From Albugo candida (taxonomy: Eukaryota), in NCBI GenBank assembly GCA_040437565.1, contig JBDOQK010000059.1:62001-126000 (forward strand): DNA of 64,000 nt, given 5' to 3'. Position 1 is the stretch's first letter; each line of letters starts with the position of its first letter. Positions 13,310 through 25,592 of this stretch are shown here, piece by piece. Position numbers and translations under genes: made by a program. The notes beneath the pieces are model-generated. The model was not told the DNA's origin, searched no databases, and saw only the letters and a program-made list of their open reading frames with translations.

Positions 13310-13771
13310 ATGCAAATCATCACCATCTCGATCGTCTCTGCACTCTACGTATCCATTGCAGTACAATGTGAAGAAGAAACTCATCGTACAGCTGCAGGAC
13401 TACGCGGTGGAATAAACGACATTCTTGGACACTCTACAGCGGTCATAAACAAAAACAATGCCGTGGTCGGTAACAATATTGGTGTCGTACGAAGCAATAT
13501 CTTAGCTACTCAGAACGACAAGTTTCATTTTGAACAAAGCATTGAAGACGTGATTGCGAATAATCCTAATCAAGACACTGCCACCATTTCAAAAAATATC
13601 ATCCGCGCCGTGTCACAAAAAAGTCCCAATACGTTGACGTTGTCCCGTGCACAAGCCGTTGTCGATGCCGCTCGAGGGGACCGGAGTATGCTTCGCGATC
13701 GGATCATGGATCTGATGACCGCAGTGATTACAGAAGAAGGAGTTGACAATAAAGAAGACGTTCGGGCTTAG
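13310..13771 (+). CDS. Small secreted protein, candidate effector (153 aa)
   Basis: Signal peptide MQIITISIVSALYVSIAVQC, then EEETHRTAAGLRG. Single exon with INR/FPR directly upstream. Confidence 0.72.
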   Translation: MQIITISIVSALYVSIAVQCEEETHRTAAGLRGGINDILGHSTAVINKNNAVVGNNIGVVRSNILATQNDKFHFEQSIEDVIANNPNQDTATISKNIIRAVSQKSPNTLTLSRAQAVVDAARGDRSMLRDRIMDLMTAVITEEGVDNKEDVRA

Positions 13772-14412
13772 CAAGAAAGTATAAGGGTGTTTAGCATCGG
13801 CTTGTGAGCGTTTATTTGCGTGTTATCAGGATTTGATTCTCGAGAATGAGATATAAATCTACTCATAAAATGTTTCGTAGTATGTTTCCTCTCTTCATAA
13901 TTCTAATCCTGCTAATCCTTTGCCAGTGAAGTTGCCTTGCAAGTCAAAAACTTTGTTTATTGTCTGTGGTGAGGGCGGCCTGCATTACCCTCGAGTTTCA
14001 CGCGGCCGAAAAGAGATGGATTGTGACTTCAAACTTCAGTCACAGACAGTCGCTCACATACTCTGAAGAATATTACCCTCTCGTCCAGCCTTAGCAGCGT
14101 CGGCGCCGGATGCATGAAGGTCTATATATTTGATAGGCGTTTGGTTTAGGTGACCCAGGTTTGGATTTACAGCCTAATGTATGGACCAAATTGCCCAGGA
14201 CGCCGATAACTGTGCATATCTTTCCAAAAAATAGAAGAAGCAGATATCTCTCGACCCTGCTGACTCGCAGTCGCCCTCACGGAATCCGACGAGACTCATA
14301 TCCGCTCTTCTCTTATTGCGACAGTTCCAATAGGAGAACGAAAAATACATATCAACGCAAAAGAAGAGAAACTTGTGTTTAAAAGCATGCTGCATTCGAT
14401 GTGACACTCAAT

Positions 14413-14739
14413 TTAACCTGTATCCGGCCGAAATGCGTTGGAAACGCCGTTATTGGGGTTGCTTGCTGAAATTGATGCTGGCGTAGCTTCATCGTAATTC
14501 ATAAAATGTTGATTGTTCGAAAACTCCAAAAATAATGTGAATAGTAGGTGCAGGGATTCATAAATATTCTTATACATTGGGATATCGAGAATGGCACATA
14601 TAATGCGAACGTACTTCTCTAGTGAGAGATCCAGTGATGATGTAGGAAGTGATACTTTCGTCAGCAAATCTTCAAATTCTTCTGGCCACATCTGCATCAG
14701 CATCTCTACGTCTGGCATCGTCTTCGTATAATGAACTTG
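14413..14739 (-). CDS. IFT46: IFT46 second copy, 3' part visible; remainder hidden in gap 14740-14839
   Basis: Identical to 34901-35227. The sequence after the gap (14840-14925) matches the IFT46 upstream region at 36790-36875 with small differences. Confidence 0.7.
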   Translation of the reverse strand, partial: QVHYTKTMPDVEMLMQMWPEEFEDLLTKVSLPTSSLDLSLEKYVRIICAILDIPMYKNIYESLHLLFTLFLEFSNNQHFMNYDEATPASISASNPNNGVSNAFRPDTG

Positions 14740-16288
14740 NNNNNNNNNNNNNNNNNNNNNNNNNNNNNNNNNNNNNNNNNNNNNNNNNNNNNNNNNNNNN
14801 NNNNNNNNNNNNNNNNNNNNNNNNNNNNNNNNNNNNNNNTGACCTCTCAAGATCGGGCTCAGCCTGCGTGTTGACGAAGCAGCTCCGACCAGACTCAGGT
14901 CTCTTAAGAAACATTTTATATGGTAAAAGTTTTAACCGCCGAATCGTCACGTTTCTTCCCAAGCTTTTCTATAGTTTATCAGAATAACCAAATTACTTTT
15001 GCACTTAGAATACTGGCTCCATAAACTGACTGAGCTGAGAGCGATGCTGTTTAATCACGATCTACGCGACAACATGATATCAGAAAGTGCTCCTATCCAG
15101 CACATTGGTTGCATGCTTCTACTCATGTAAGTTCTCATATCTCAATATGTGCGCATCCAGAAAAAAGCCAATTTCTATCTCAAAAGAAGTCTAGCGCTAT
15201 ACATGTTATCTGGTGCTAATGGGAATTTATTTCATGAGTCTATTTTCTTCCTCACCACCCTTTTGTGGTATATCAAGATGTATCCTGTTCAATTATCGAT
15301 GTACCTTATCTCGTGCACCACTTCCATACGCTGTTAATTGCGCGCATGTCAGGGGTCACTACTTGTCTAGCTTGATGTTGTTTTGTATCGCCTATATCAT
15401 CGATGATCATAGACTAAGGTCTCAAAACTGCAATTATCGAGAAAGTGATAGTTGTGATAGACATTATCATAGTCTAAGATTTTGAGACGTTCCTAGTCGA
15501 GGAGTATCTGGCTACGGCAGAAGATTAGGTGGTAAAAGTTGATGTTGGATTGGAGAGTTTGGTAGAAGCAGCATGCATCAGGCAACTGCCTACTTGATAT
15601 GGTATTCTGGCTGTTTGCAGCCAGAATTTGAAAGAAGACGAATACACCGGCAACTACGTCGAAAGAAACAATACTGGATTGCTTTACTTGTCAAATTCAA
15701 AAATGCACTGGTTTATAAATCTAAGTTTGAGGAGGTTTGTACATTCGGGTCCAGTATGGTGAAAGAGGGGTATGCATAATCAGCTTTTTTATAACCCCTA
15801 CAAGACTCAGTATGATATGCTTCGTTTGTACAAGGTACACTGAAGGTTTCTCAGCAATATCTTTCCTCCCCTTGCGTACCTGCCTTTTCTTGTCCGTTCA
15901 CTTTCTCCGCAGCAAAAAAGCCAAAACCAACCATGTACCCTTCTGTAGCTATCTCCATTAATTGGATATCAGTACTATCTCTTAGTTCTACGGTGTAATT
16001 TGAGTCATCGTGCTCTAGTTTCAAGTCAGGTACTAATTTGTGTACCTCTAGCATCTCCTCACAAGTGTCATAACTATGGCCAAATCGAATAGCGCTTTGA
16101 TGCATTGTAACTAAGGCCTTACAAACATTAATGATGCTATATCGATATGGTTCTTTCGCTTGTACCTCTGACTCCTGTATAAGCGCTAGGTACGATGAAG
16201 AATTTTATAGTCAATGCAGTTGTTGCGTGCTTTTCTAGACTCAATTAATTAGTGTTTCGCAAAACAATCCTGAGTCTATGTAGAGGCA

Positions 16289-16486
16289 TGTTGTGAATTA
16301 GAAGGGCGCTCACATTCCTGAAAACCTCTGCTCCGGTAGTTACGAAACAGCCACCCCCTCAAGCGCCGGTAGTTACGAAGAAACTAATTCTAGGAGTCAC
16401 ATAGGGGTGCCAAAGATCATAGCATGCAATTTTAATTTCTTTGATAAAATTCTCAAACTTGCCTCCAGGCGCACGGATCCGCCAAA
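16289..16486 (+). repeat. Gypsy 5' LTR
   Basis: Diverged direct repeat of 28706-28899, with shared blocks such as AGGGGTGCCAAA..GATCATAGCATGCA and AACTTGCCTCCA. Confidence 0.88.
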
Positions 16487-19400
16487 AAGTATACTTTTGG
16501 TATAGCAATCAAGTCAAGCATAGCCGGTATCTCAACGCAAGAAGATGTCGACTTTTCGGATGGCTGATGAAGACGTCGAGATGACGCCCGCTTACATCAC
16601 AGCACCGGAGCATATCACGGCGCCAAGACTAATTAACTGGAACCAGTTATGGCTAATCCGCTGACTTCACCAGCGGAGTGGTATGAGTGACCTCTTCGCT
16701 AGAGCTTCTCTGGAACAGGAGAGCAGTATGACACCATCGCAGTGACTATAAAAGGCTTTATCGATGCGGGAATGCTCAACAACATGGCGCTCTATGTCCT
16801 ATTTAGGGATTTGGAGACGCCTACCGACTCCGACATTTTGCAAGAGATCAATCGGCGTTGCATCACACTGAAGAATAATCATCTCCCGGACTTTGAGGCT
16901 TTTTACGCCGAGAAGCTGCGAATGGACCTCAAAGAAGACGACGTTGAAGCCCGGTTCTGGAAGTATTTCGCCTGTTTCAACAAGATCTTGAGCAAATATG
17001 GGCTCCAACATGTTTGATGGTACACACCAAGGCCAAAGGTCACGATGCGATAGTGCAGACAACGGACAGGACAAAGATCCTGATTGATAACCTCGCTCCC
17101 ACAACGCTGAGGCGACTGGTTGCCCTCGAGTATTACAAGGCCAAGGCTAATGAAAAATCTCTATGTAATCTGATTCTGGAACGTGCTCGTGAGCAACAGC
17201 ATTACTTCCTGATGACAAAAGACGATAAAGTAAAGCATACTACACAAAGAAAACCACCATCAGTAGTAATTCTCATTTCCAGAATGTTATGGGTTCCATG
17301 AAAGGCAACGACACGTCTCGACCATCAAGGCAGCTCCCAATAAAACAGCAGCTTCCCCACCACACCGCGATGACTTTCTGGTATGAAAAGGGTCCACTGG
17401 GTGTCTGAGTGTCCAACTGCATCCAGCGCACATAAGGATGAAGTCAAAGGAGCCATGCGAGAGCGCATGGCAGCACGTACTTCAGCAAAGCAAACCACAC
17501 TCTCTTTGAACCAAGAATCAAAGCTATCAGCGGTCCTAGAGGGTAATTGGGAGGTCCCCCTGTGCGCTGACTCGGGTTCAAATGTACCCATCATTCCAGC
17601 AGTCTTTTTCTTGGCCTTTCACCCGACACGCACGTGACGACCAACCTCCGTTACCCTGTTAGTGTGGAGTTGGCTTGTGGTGCCACGTTTGTCTACCTCG
17701 AGCGAGTGATATTGGACGTCCAAGTACGTATTGCTGCAGAAGCGGCCAACATCAGGGGTGCTGGCTGTCTCATCCTGTACGATGAAGAAGACCAATTTAT
17801 TCTTGGCAAAGATACTCTCAGCAGTCTTGGTATCGGCGGAGGATCCATTATCGCTAATCTAGAAGAGGGACCAGCCACCGATCCAGACGGTGATGATCTT
17901 ACCACCAATAGTGCTGCTGAAGTTGGTCTCGAAGTCGATTCAGACATCCTAAATCTTCTGTCTTCAATGGAGAACACAGCACTGCTGGAAGAGTGTAAGG
18001 ATTGTGGACTCGCGCATGAATTATATGAACTCCCCGTCCAACACAGAGTTATTTGGTGGAACCAGCTGGTCCATGATCCACCTGCAACGGTTGAGCCCCT
18101 CTTTGGTGAAGTTCCAGGTCGACGCTTACCCTGTAACTTCCAAGACAAGACCGTATCTAAAGCAACAAAGTGATTATCTGCGTTCCTACTTCGCCAAGCT
18201 ATAGCGGCTGGGTTTCGTTCACCGCAACAATCACAGCCACTGATCCTCGCCTGCATTAACAGTTTGCAAGGGCCTCAACAGATGAATCTCGCACTACAGT
18301 TGATTACTCTCGAGTCAACAGTCTTGTGATTCCTCTGACTGGAGCCATGCCAGATATGAAGGCAGCGACCGCTCGCCTCTCAGGATCAAAGTATTATGCT
18401 CACTTTGACAGTTTAATAGGCTTTTGGCAGCTCGCACTGCATCCGGACTGCCAGAAGCAGTTCTCAATAGTTGCTTAGGAAGCGTGTACACCCCGACCCG
18501 TATGCCGCGGGGAGCTACTGACTCTGCAATTCATTAGCAGAACCAGATGCACACGGTGTATTCTCCATTGTTGCATGACAACTTACTGTCCCAAGTTTAT
18601 GATATTATCGTCTTCGCCCAAACTAGAAACAAATTTGTCGACAAGATTCGTCACTTCTATGAAGTGACTGCGCAGTATGGCCTGGAGATAAGTGTCACGA
18701 AGAGTCTACTCTTATGCCGAGAGGTACTGTGGCGCTGCAAGGTCTTAAGTGGAACAGGTGTACGAAATGATCCCGCTCGACTTGCCGCATTTACATCCCT
18801 TCCGGCTCCCAGTAATGCAGCTGATCTGCAACGTCTACTGTGCCAGTAACTGGCTATATGATTCGGTCATAGAATTTTCTCGCACTGCAGTACCGCTCTA
18901 CGACAAACTCGACGCTGTATTTTAGAAAACGAGTCACGCTAAACGTATTGCAGCCGGTATATCATTGACTTGGACATCTAATGAACTTGACGCATTCAAT
19001 GCTTTCCTCGTTACCCNNNNNNNNNNNNNNNNNNNNNNNNNNNNNNNNNNNNNNNNNNNNNNNNNNNNNNNNNNNNNNNNNNNNNNNNNNNNNNNNNNNN
19101 NNNNNNNNNNNNNNNNGAAGTGACTGCGCAGTATGGCCTGGAGATAAGTGTCACGAAGAGTCTACTCTTATGCCGAGAGGTACTGTGGCGCTGCAAGGTC
19201 TTAAGTGGAACAGGTGTACGAAATGATCCCGCTCGACTTGCCGCATTTACATCCCTTCCGGCTCCCAGTAATGCAGCTGATCTGCAACGTCTACTGTGCC
19301 AGTAACTGGCTATATGATTCGGTCATAGAATTTTCTCGCACTGCAGTACCGCTCTACGACAAACTCGACGCTGTATTTTAGAAAACGAGTCACGCTAAAC

Positions 19401-21293
19401 GTATTGCAGCCGGTATATCATTGACTTGGACATCTAATGAACTTGACGCATTCAATGCTTTCCTCGTTACCCTTCAGTCGCTCAGCTTTCGTTCCCACAA
19501 GATCAGGCAACCTTCTGTGCTCTTACTGACGCCTCCAAGTGTGGATGGGCTCTCATTGCTACTCAAGTTCGTATGTCCGGGAAGACAACCGAGTTGAAGA
19601 ACAAGCCTCTGAGTTGCTTGCATGTATTGGTAGCATTTTCCGTGGAAGACAGATCAACTGGTTAGTCACGGAAAAAGAAGGATACTCGATCATTGAAGCA
19701 TGTATTAAACTCGAGGTTCTGCTGGCTCGATTCCGTTGATTTCGTCTATTTTTCGATCACGCAAACTTGATTCAGATATTTTTGCCGGCTCAGTCCGTAA
19801 GCGTCACATCTGTGGAAAGATGCAGCGCTGGGCTCTCAATCTAGTGCCCTACCGATATGAGATTGAACATCTCAGCGGTGAGCGTCATGTGTTCGCTGGC
19901 ATTGTTTCTCGCTGAATTGCCCCAGCCCAGCCTGTGGATGCCGCTGCCTATGCTATGCGTTTGCGCAGTAATCATAGCTCTTAACACTCCGCCCGCTCCA
20001 ATCACCGGTGTTTGTCTCCCAGTCGATCAAGGAGATCGTCACGCATCAGCTGCATTCGTCAAGCCACCCAGGTTCCCTTCCTGCAGATGGATCGCCCATC
20101 CTAGTAGCGGAGAAAGTATGGCTACCTCCGGACGCAGATCAGCTCATCATGCGTGTATCCATGGTTGCGCACTGTAGTGTGCGTGGACACCACGGCGTTC
20201 GCGCAATGGTCAACATTATCAAGCGAGAGTTCATGGTCGACAACCTCCAGCGCAAGGTGGAAGCATTTGTAAAGCATTGTTTGCTTTATCGACATGTCAA
20301 GGGTCAGTTGATCGTGCAGCGAGATTGGTCGGCAGCTGATGGCGCGACCAAGTGCAATGAAACCCTTCTCATTTACTATCTCTACCATGGGCGATAGCAT
20401 CTCAGGTTCTAAATATTGCCTAGTACTTAAGGATGCATTCAGCCACTTCTGTAAGCTAATTGCTTCCGTTACTGCAAGTGCCCGGGTTGTAGTTGGCGCA
20501 ATTATGAGTTGGTATATTGTGACTGCTAAACTAGGTATGACGCACAATCTATCTCCGGTCTACGTGCCTTAGCTTAATGAAGCTGTCGAGCGCGTGAATC
20601 GCGACGTTTTACAGGTTGCACGTGCGATGTTGCTTGAAGTTCAGCTCGATGTGCGCAATTGGTACATTATACTTCCGGTGATTCAGTCCTGTGTCAACCA
20701 TTCCCCCGTCGAGAGCCTGGGTGACAAGTGCTCGATGAAGATCTTCACAGTTCTACCAACGCCGCCTTTGCTGTCCTCTTTTATCGCTTTCGATGGAGAC
20801 AGCACAACCGCTATCACAGTAAATACTGACTCGGTAGCGCAGCAGTTAAAGCAAATTACGATTCGTCTACAACAGATGCACAAGTTTGTGGAATCTAGCA
20901 AGCTTGACCGTCAGCAAGATGCTCGCGATGCACCACACGACGCTGCTGCCAACCTTAAAGTGGACGATTCCGTGTTGTGGTCGCGCGTTGAACTTCATTT
21001 GTCGGACTCCAAGCTGAAAGGCCGTTGTTCGGCCCCTTTGTAGTCACTGGAATTGAGGAGCAAATTGAGAATTTCATCAATGAAGCTTTAAATGACGTGC
21101 GTGGATCTTGACTTCAGCTTTATTCAGAAACTGCACTCGAAGTCACAGAGGAACTACGTGAAAAAAACAATTTTACGCAGCGATTGGTACTCGGTGCTCG
21201 TGAGATTTGTGACCTACGCTACAATATGATTTGGCATCTGCATGGGAGCTAAAGGTCGCCTGGGCTGGGCTTGAAGATGCTGAGGCGTCGTGG

Positions 21294-21447
21294 TGTTATT
21301 CACTAGCACTAGTTCAGTATCAAGTAAATGAAAAACGCAGTTTATTTCGAGCTTATGGTCTCTGCATTTCCACGCATGTCTGTTGCCTCCGCCCGTTCTT
21401 AGGGTCGCGTTGAGCCCTTTCACCTCACCAGTCGCTTCCTTTCAACA
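21294..21447 (-). repeat. Copia 3' LTR
   Basis: TGTT...CAACA. About 19 mismatches over 154 bp against 28418-28571 by manual count. Confidence 0.92.
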
Positions 21448-23565
21448 CTTCTTCCCACGATAACCTTCGATCAGCGAGATTATTTCGCGCAGCTCTTTCA
21501 ACAGCGGCGAAGCGAATCTCTTGGTGAGAAGGTCAGCTCGCATAAAGCGCGACTCGCAATACACCATCTTGATTACCCTTTTTTTGCTGTAAACCTTGAT
21601 GAACTTGATACGTACAGCGATGCGTTTTGCTCTTCCTGCGCTCTATTCATCTTATATTTGTTTAGAAGTCGCAGCTTGATTGTCCACATGCATCAGCATC
21701 GGCTTTGAAACGCGCACACAATTTCGCCAAGCAATTCGTTGATTCCTAGCGAGTCACTCGCCACCTGCGATGCAGCTACGAATTCGGCCTTCATTGCAGA
21801 AAAACACCACGCTTACCTGTTTTCGACACGTCCAGCCGACAACCATCCATTTGCGCACAGAACCCTTCCACTTGTCGATTTTCAATCCGCGAGGTCTGCC
21901 GCGTCATCCACGTCGCTGTATCCTCTTGGAACGACTTCTTGTGCACCATTGGCTCCAAGTGTTCCGTCCAATTTAAACTTCAGGTCGACGACTCCCTCCA
22001 AGTACCTTCTTGCCCACCTCCACTAGCGATCCCTCGGCGCATGCGCTCGCGGGCTGGCACGGTGCACAGCTAATGCAATGTCCATCCTTGTGTATCGAGA
22101 GAACCACAGTAGGCTTCCAATGACCGATTGACAAATCTTCACAGTCGGCCGTTCTGGTGTATCATCACCGTCACCTGGCAGTAAATTGCTCTCTTCTGAG
22201 TGCAGAATTAGCTTGACCCTGACATGGTCCAGCCAGCACTTCGCGAATGCACTGCGTCTGCTCTAGTAGATACCCATTGTCGTTGGCATCAGTCAGACCA
22301 ATACCCAAAAACTTGGTCACTTCACCGAGATCCTTTACCTCAAGTACCTTGATGTCACTGAAGAATTGGTTTACGTCGCGGATCTTTTAGCAATTAGCTA
22401 AAGGTCGTTCAGGTAGACGCCCACCATCCCGATCCTTGTTGCATCACCTTTTGAGTATAAGCAACTGTCAGTGTGGCACTGTACAAATCTAAGCTTCCCA
22501 GAAGTGTTATCATGTAGCATTTGTGCCTACAATCATCCAGTCTGCTTCAGACCGTACAGAATTTTTCTAAGCTTCAGCGCTAGCATGATCTTATCACTTG
22601 TGCCCAAGATCTTCAACTCGTCCTCTGCTAACTCCATTCCCTGCGGCACGTGAAGCACGATCTCTATGCCTTCTTCTTTATCTGCTTTAACATAATCATT
22701 AGTAACATTACCGTGTCGAGAAGGCACTTCCCCCCATACTCGCGCCAATGCCGGCACTACTTCTGCTGTCGTTATTTCCATCCCGGCACTGACAGTCATG
22801 GTGCAATTCACACCATGTGACTGCTCGTTTCCGCAGGCCAGGAGTGTCGCCTTAAATCGCACCACCGTCCCATCTGCGTGTCTTTCAGTCTTAAAGACCC
22901 ATTTGGATTGTAGAAGCTTCTCACCAGAACTTCGAAGTGTTACTTCCCACGTTTCATTTGACTTGAGCGATTCAATTTCGGATCGCATTTCTTCGCGCCG
23001 TTGCGCAGCATTTTCAGAGCTTACCGCTTCCTTGTATGTATTTCGGATCTTCTACCAAGTAGACCATCCCAACTGGTGCATGTTTGGCGCCCATTTGACG
23101 TGTGGTCATACACGTTGCATCCGAATCCTTTGGGTGGACATCGTCCTTCTTCAACAGCGGTTTATTCGTGACATTCTTCCCTTTACCGAGTGCCCCGCGC
23201 CTATACGATCTCTTCGAAATGCCGATGCATCCCTTTCGCTTTGTAGCCTTCTCCCTTTCTTCCATAACTTGGCGTAAATCAGGATCCTTTCTGCGTAGCT
23301 GCTTCTGCAATTGACAGTTTCCGTCAATGCCCATGGTCTCCACATTTTTTACATGCTGCGTCGTTATGACCAATTGCTCGCGAGATAGATATACCTTGAA
23401 CCCTTTGGTCTCATCATGCTTCCCCACGATTATGCTGACCTCGGCGCGTGGTTTCCACGATTGCTTTCCTGGATCACGATATACCGTACACGATCTCCCA
23501 AAAACCATGGCATCAGCAATACTGGGCTTCTTACCAGTCAGGACTTCCACTGGAGGCCCACTTCA

Positions 23566-24293
23566 CTTCTCAATTTGCCGAATACCAAGTAACCCGCTAA
23601 TTTAGTACAAAACAACTCGAAAAAACTACTTTTTTCAACTCTTTCCTCTCGAAAGCAATGGTTCAAGTCGACATATCGACACAACCCAGGGTGCTAGCGT
23701 CCACTTGTAGTGGCGTGGCAACCATCATGAGTCACCCTTTTTTGGGTGATTGCATGATTGTTGATGAGTCATCACCCCTATGTGATGACGTGGAAAGTAC
23801 CCCCACCCCCGATGTGACGGTACAGGGTAATACCGGTACCACCGGTGTAGGATGTGGTACCGGTGGTACAAGCGGTACTGTCGTTGCCCCGTCACAGGGT
23901 GACCAAAAGGCAACAGCAACTGCAAGTGTGGACGACACTAAAAGTCCCACTCTTGCTGACCTGATCAAGTCACAGGAGTCCTTGCGTAAGGACCAGCCAA
24001 GAGCTAGAGCGAAATTTCGCGTGGAGCTCCCAAAGCCGAAAGCCTCGGACATCGAGTCTATTATGCGATTGTATGCTGATGGACAACATCCCGAGTGGTC
24101 GGTGTTGGCTGAAAAATTGGAGGNNNNNNNNNNNNNNNNNNNNNNNNNNNNNNNNNNNNNNNNNNNNNNNNNNNNNNNNNNNNNNNNNNNNNNNNNNNNN
24201 NNNNNNNNNNNNNNNNNNNNNNNATGTTATTCAAGATAGCCTAGGCAACTAGAGAAGTCAGTTAGTCTAATTCTAGTAATATAGACACTTTCA
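23566..24293 (+). mobile_element. Probable non-LTR (LINE-like) retrotransposon; 5'UTR and start of ORF visible, middle in gap
   Basis: Perfect 17-bp duplication ACTGGAGGCCCACTTCA at 23549-23565 and 24294-24310. An uninterrupted ORF starts at 23658. No TIRs or LTRs seen. Confidence 0.65.
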
Positions 24294-25081
24294 ACTGGAG
24301 GCCCACTTCAAATTTGCGCTGCTTGGGCTGCGATTCAGCATATAAGTTGTGTATTGCACTGCATCACCCCAGAAGTGCAGCGACAAGCCACTGGTAAATG
24401 TCATGCGCCCCGCCATATTGAGAACAGTCCTGTGCATGCGTTCTGCTTTTTCATTGGATGCTTGATTGCCGGCTTCGCTAAGTGTCTGGTAGCCCCAATC
24501 GCCTTGCAAAACACGTCGACGTTCCAGTATTCTACTCCATAGTCCGTTCTGAGGATGTGCTATATTACCATTTATCCATTTTTGATTAAAAAAAATAATA
24601 GCCATGAAGACTTGACCTCATCCCCACTTCCTTCAATTTATCACCTTGCAAGTAAACGTGCGCTCGAAAAAATCCAGAAATGTTCAAACATTTTCACAGC
24701 CAGATTCATCTTTCGCGAAACAGATAATCTGCAGTAGTTGGACGAGTGGTCAACAAAGTTGACCATATACCGTTTACCGCATCGGTCTGTCGGAGTCATA
24801 GTACCCTTGAGGTCACTGCAAATGACCCCTTCAATCCGATCAGTCGTAGAATGCACCCCTCTATCCTTCTTGGACTGTGCATGCTTAGATTGTTTACCTT
24901 GAGCGCAGGCAATGCAGCTTGGTCACTTCCTGTCGATAATCTCAATGCCTGAGCTCTCGCTGTCTGCCATCCTTTCAAGCGTGTCATACATAAGATGACC
25001 GAGACGCCTGTGCAAGTCCAAACCCTTGCACTTTACCGGTACACTAGGTGCATCGACAGTATCGGCAGTAACTAGGGCCGC

Positions 25082-25529
25082 GAGGTCCGTACCCAGCTCA
25101 GTCGGTTAAGCACTTGAGCGCACGGACCCCCCTGCCGGAGGTCGTTAGTTCGATCCCCGGTAGTGTGGGTAGCGGTTTGAGCCCACCCAAGCAATAAGCT
25201 TGGAAAATATCTGCCTCCCTAGGTTTGAAGTCAGACTTAAGTGACATTCACACGGTCAGGGGCTCATGATAGGATAAGGAAGGTAGTTAAAGAACCAGAT
25301 AAACAGTGTAANNNNNNNNNNNNNNNNNNNNNNNNNNNNNNNNNNNNNNNNNNNNNNNNNNNNNNNNNNNNNNNNNNNNNNNNNNNNNNNNNNNNNNNNN
25401 NNNNNNNNNNNATCTGCCTCCCTAGGTTTGAAGTCAGACTTAAGTGACATTCACACGGTCAGGGGCTCATGATAGGATAAGGAAGGTAGTTAAAGAACCA
25501 GATAAACAGTGTAATGAAATCCTTGACAA
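25082..25529 (+). mobile_element. tRNA-derived SINE (about 245 bp after removing gap overlap)
   Basis: A-box-like CAGCTCAGTCGG and B-box-like AGTTCGATCCC. 15-bp TSD AGTAACTAGG(G/T)CCGC at 25067-25081 and 25530-25544. Related copy at 46114-46254. Confidence 0.8.
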
Positions 25530-25592
25530 AGTAACTAGGTCCGCACACACTGCTCCGTTACTATTCGATGCAGCCTCTCCACTCTATGTAAA

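Noticed and set aside
18661-19472. Exact direct repeat of Gypsy RT sequence around gap 19017-19116
   Set aside because: Identical copies directly flanking a 100-N gap indicate an unmerged contig overlap.
25095-25165. Possible tRNA gene
   Set aside because: A/B boxes are present but no consistent cloverleaf; the TSD and shared tail indicate a SINE.
25209-25514. Apparent SINE tail dimer
   Set aside because: Identical sequence on both sides of gap 25312-25411; assembly overlap.
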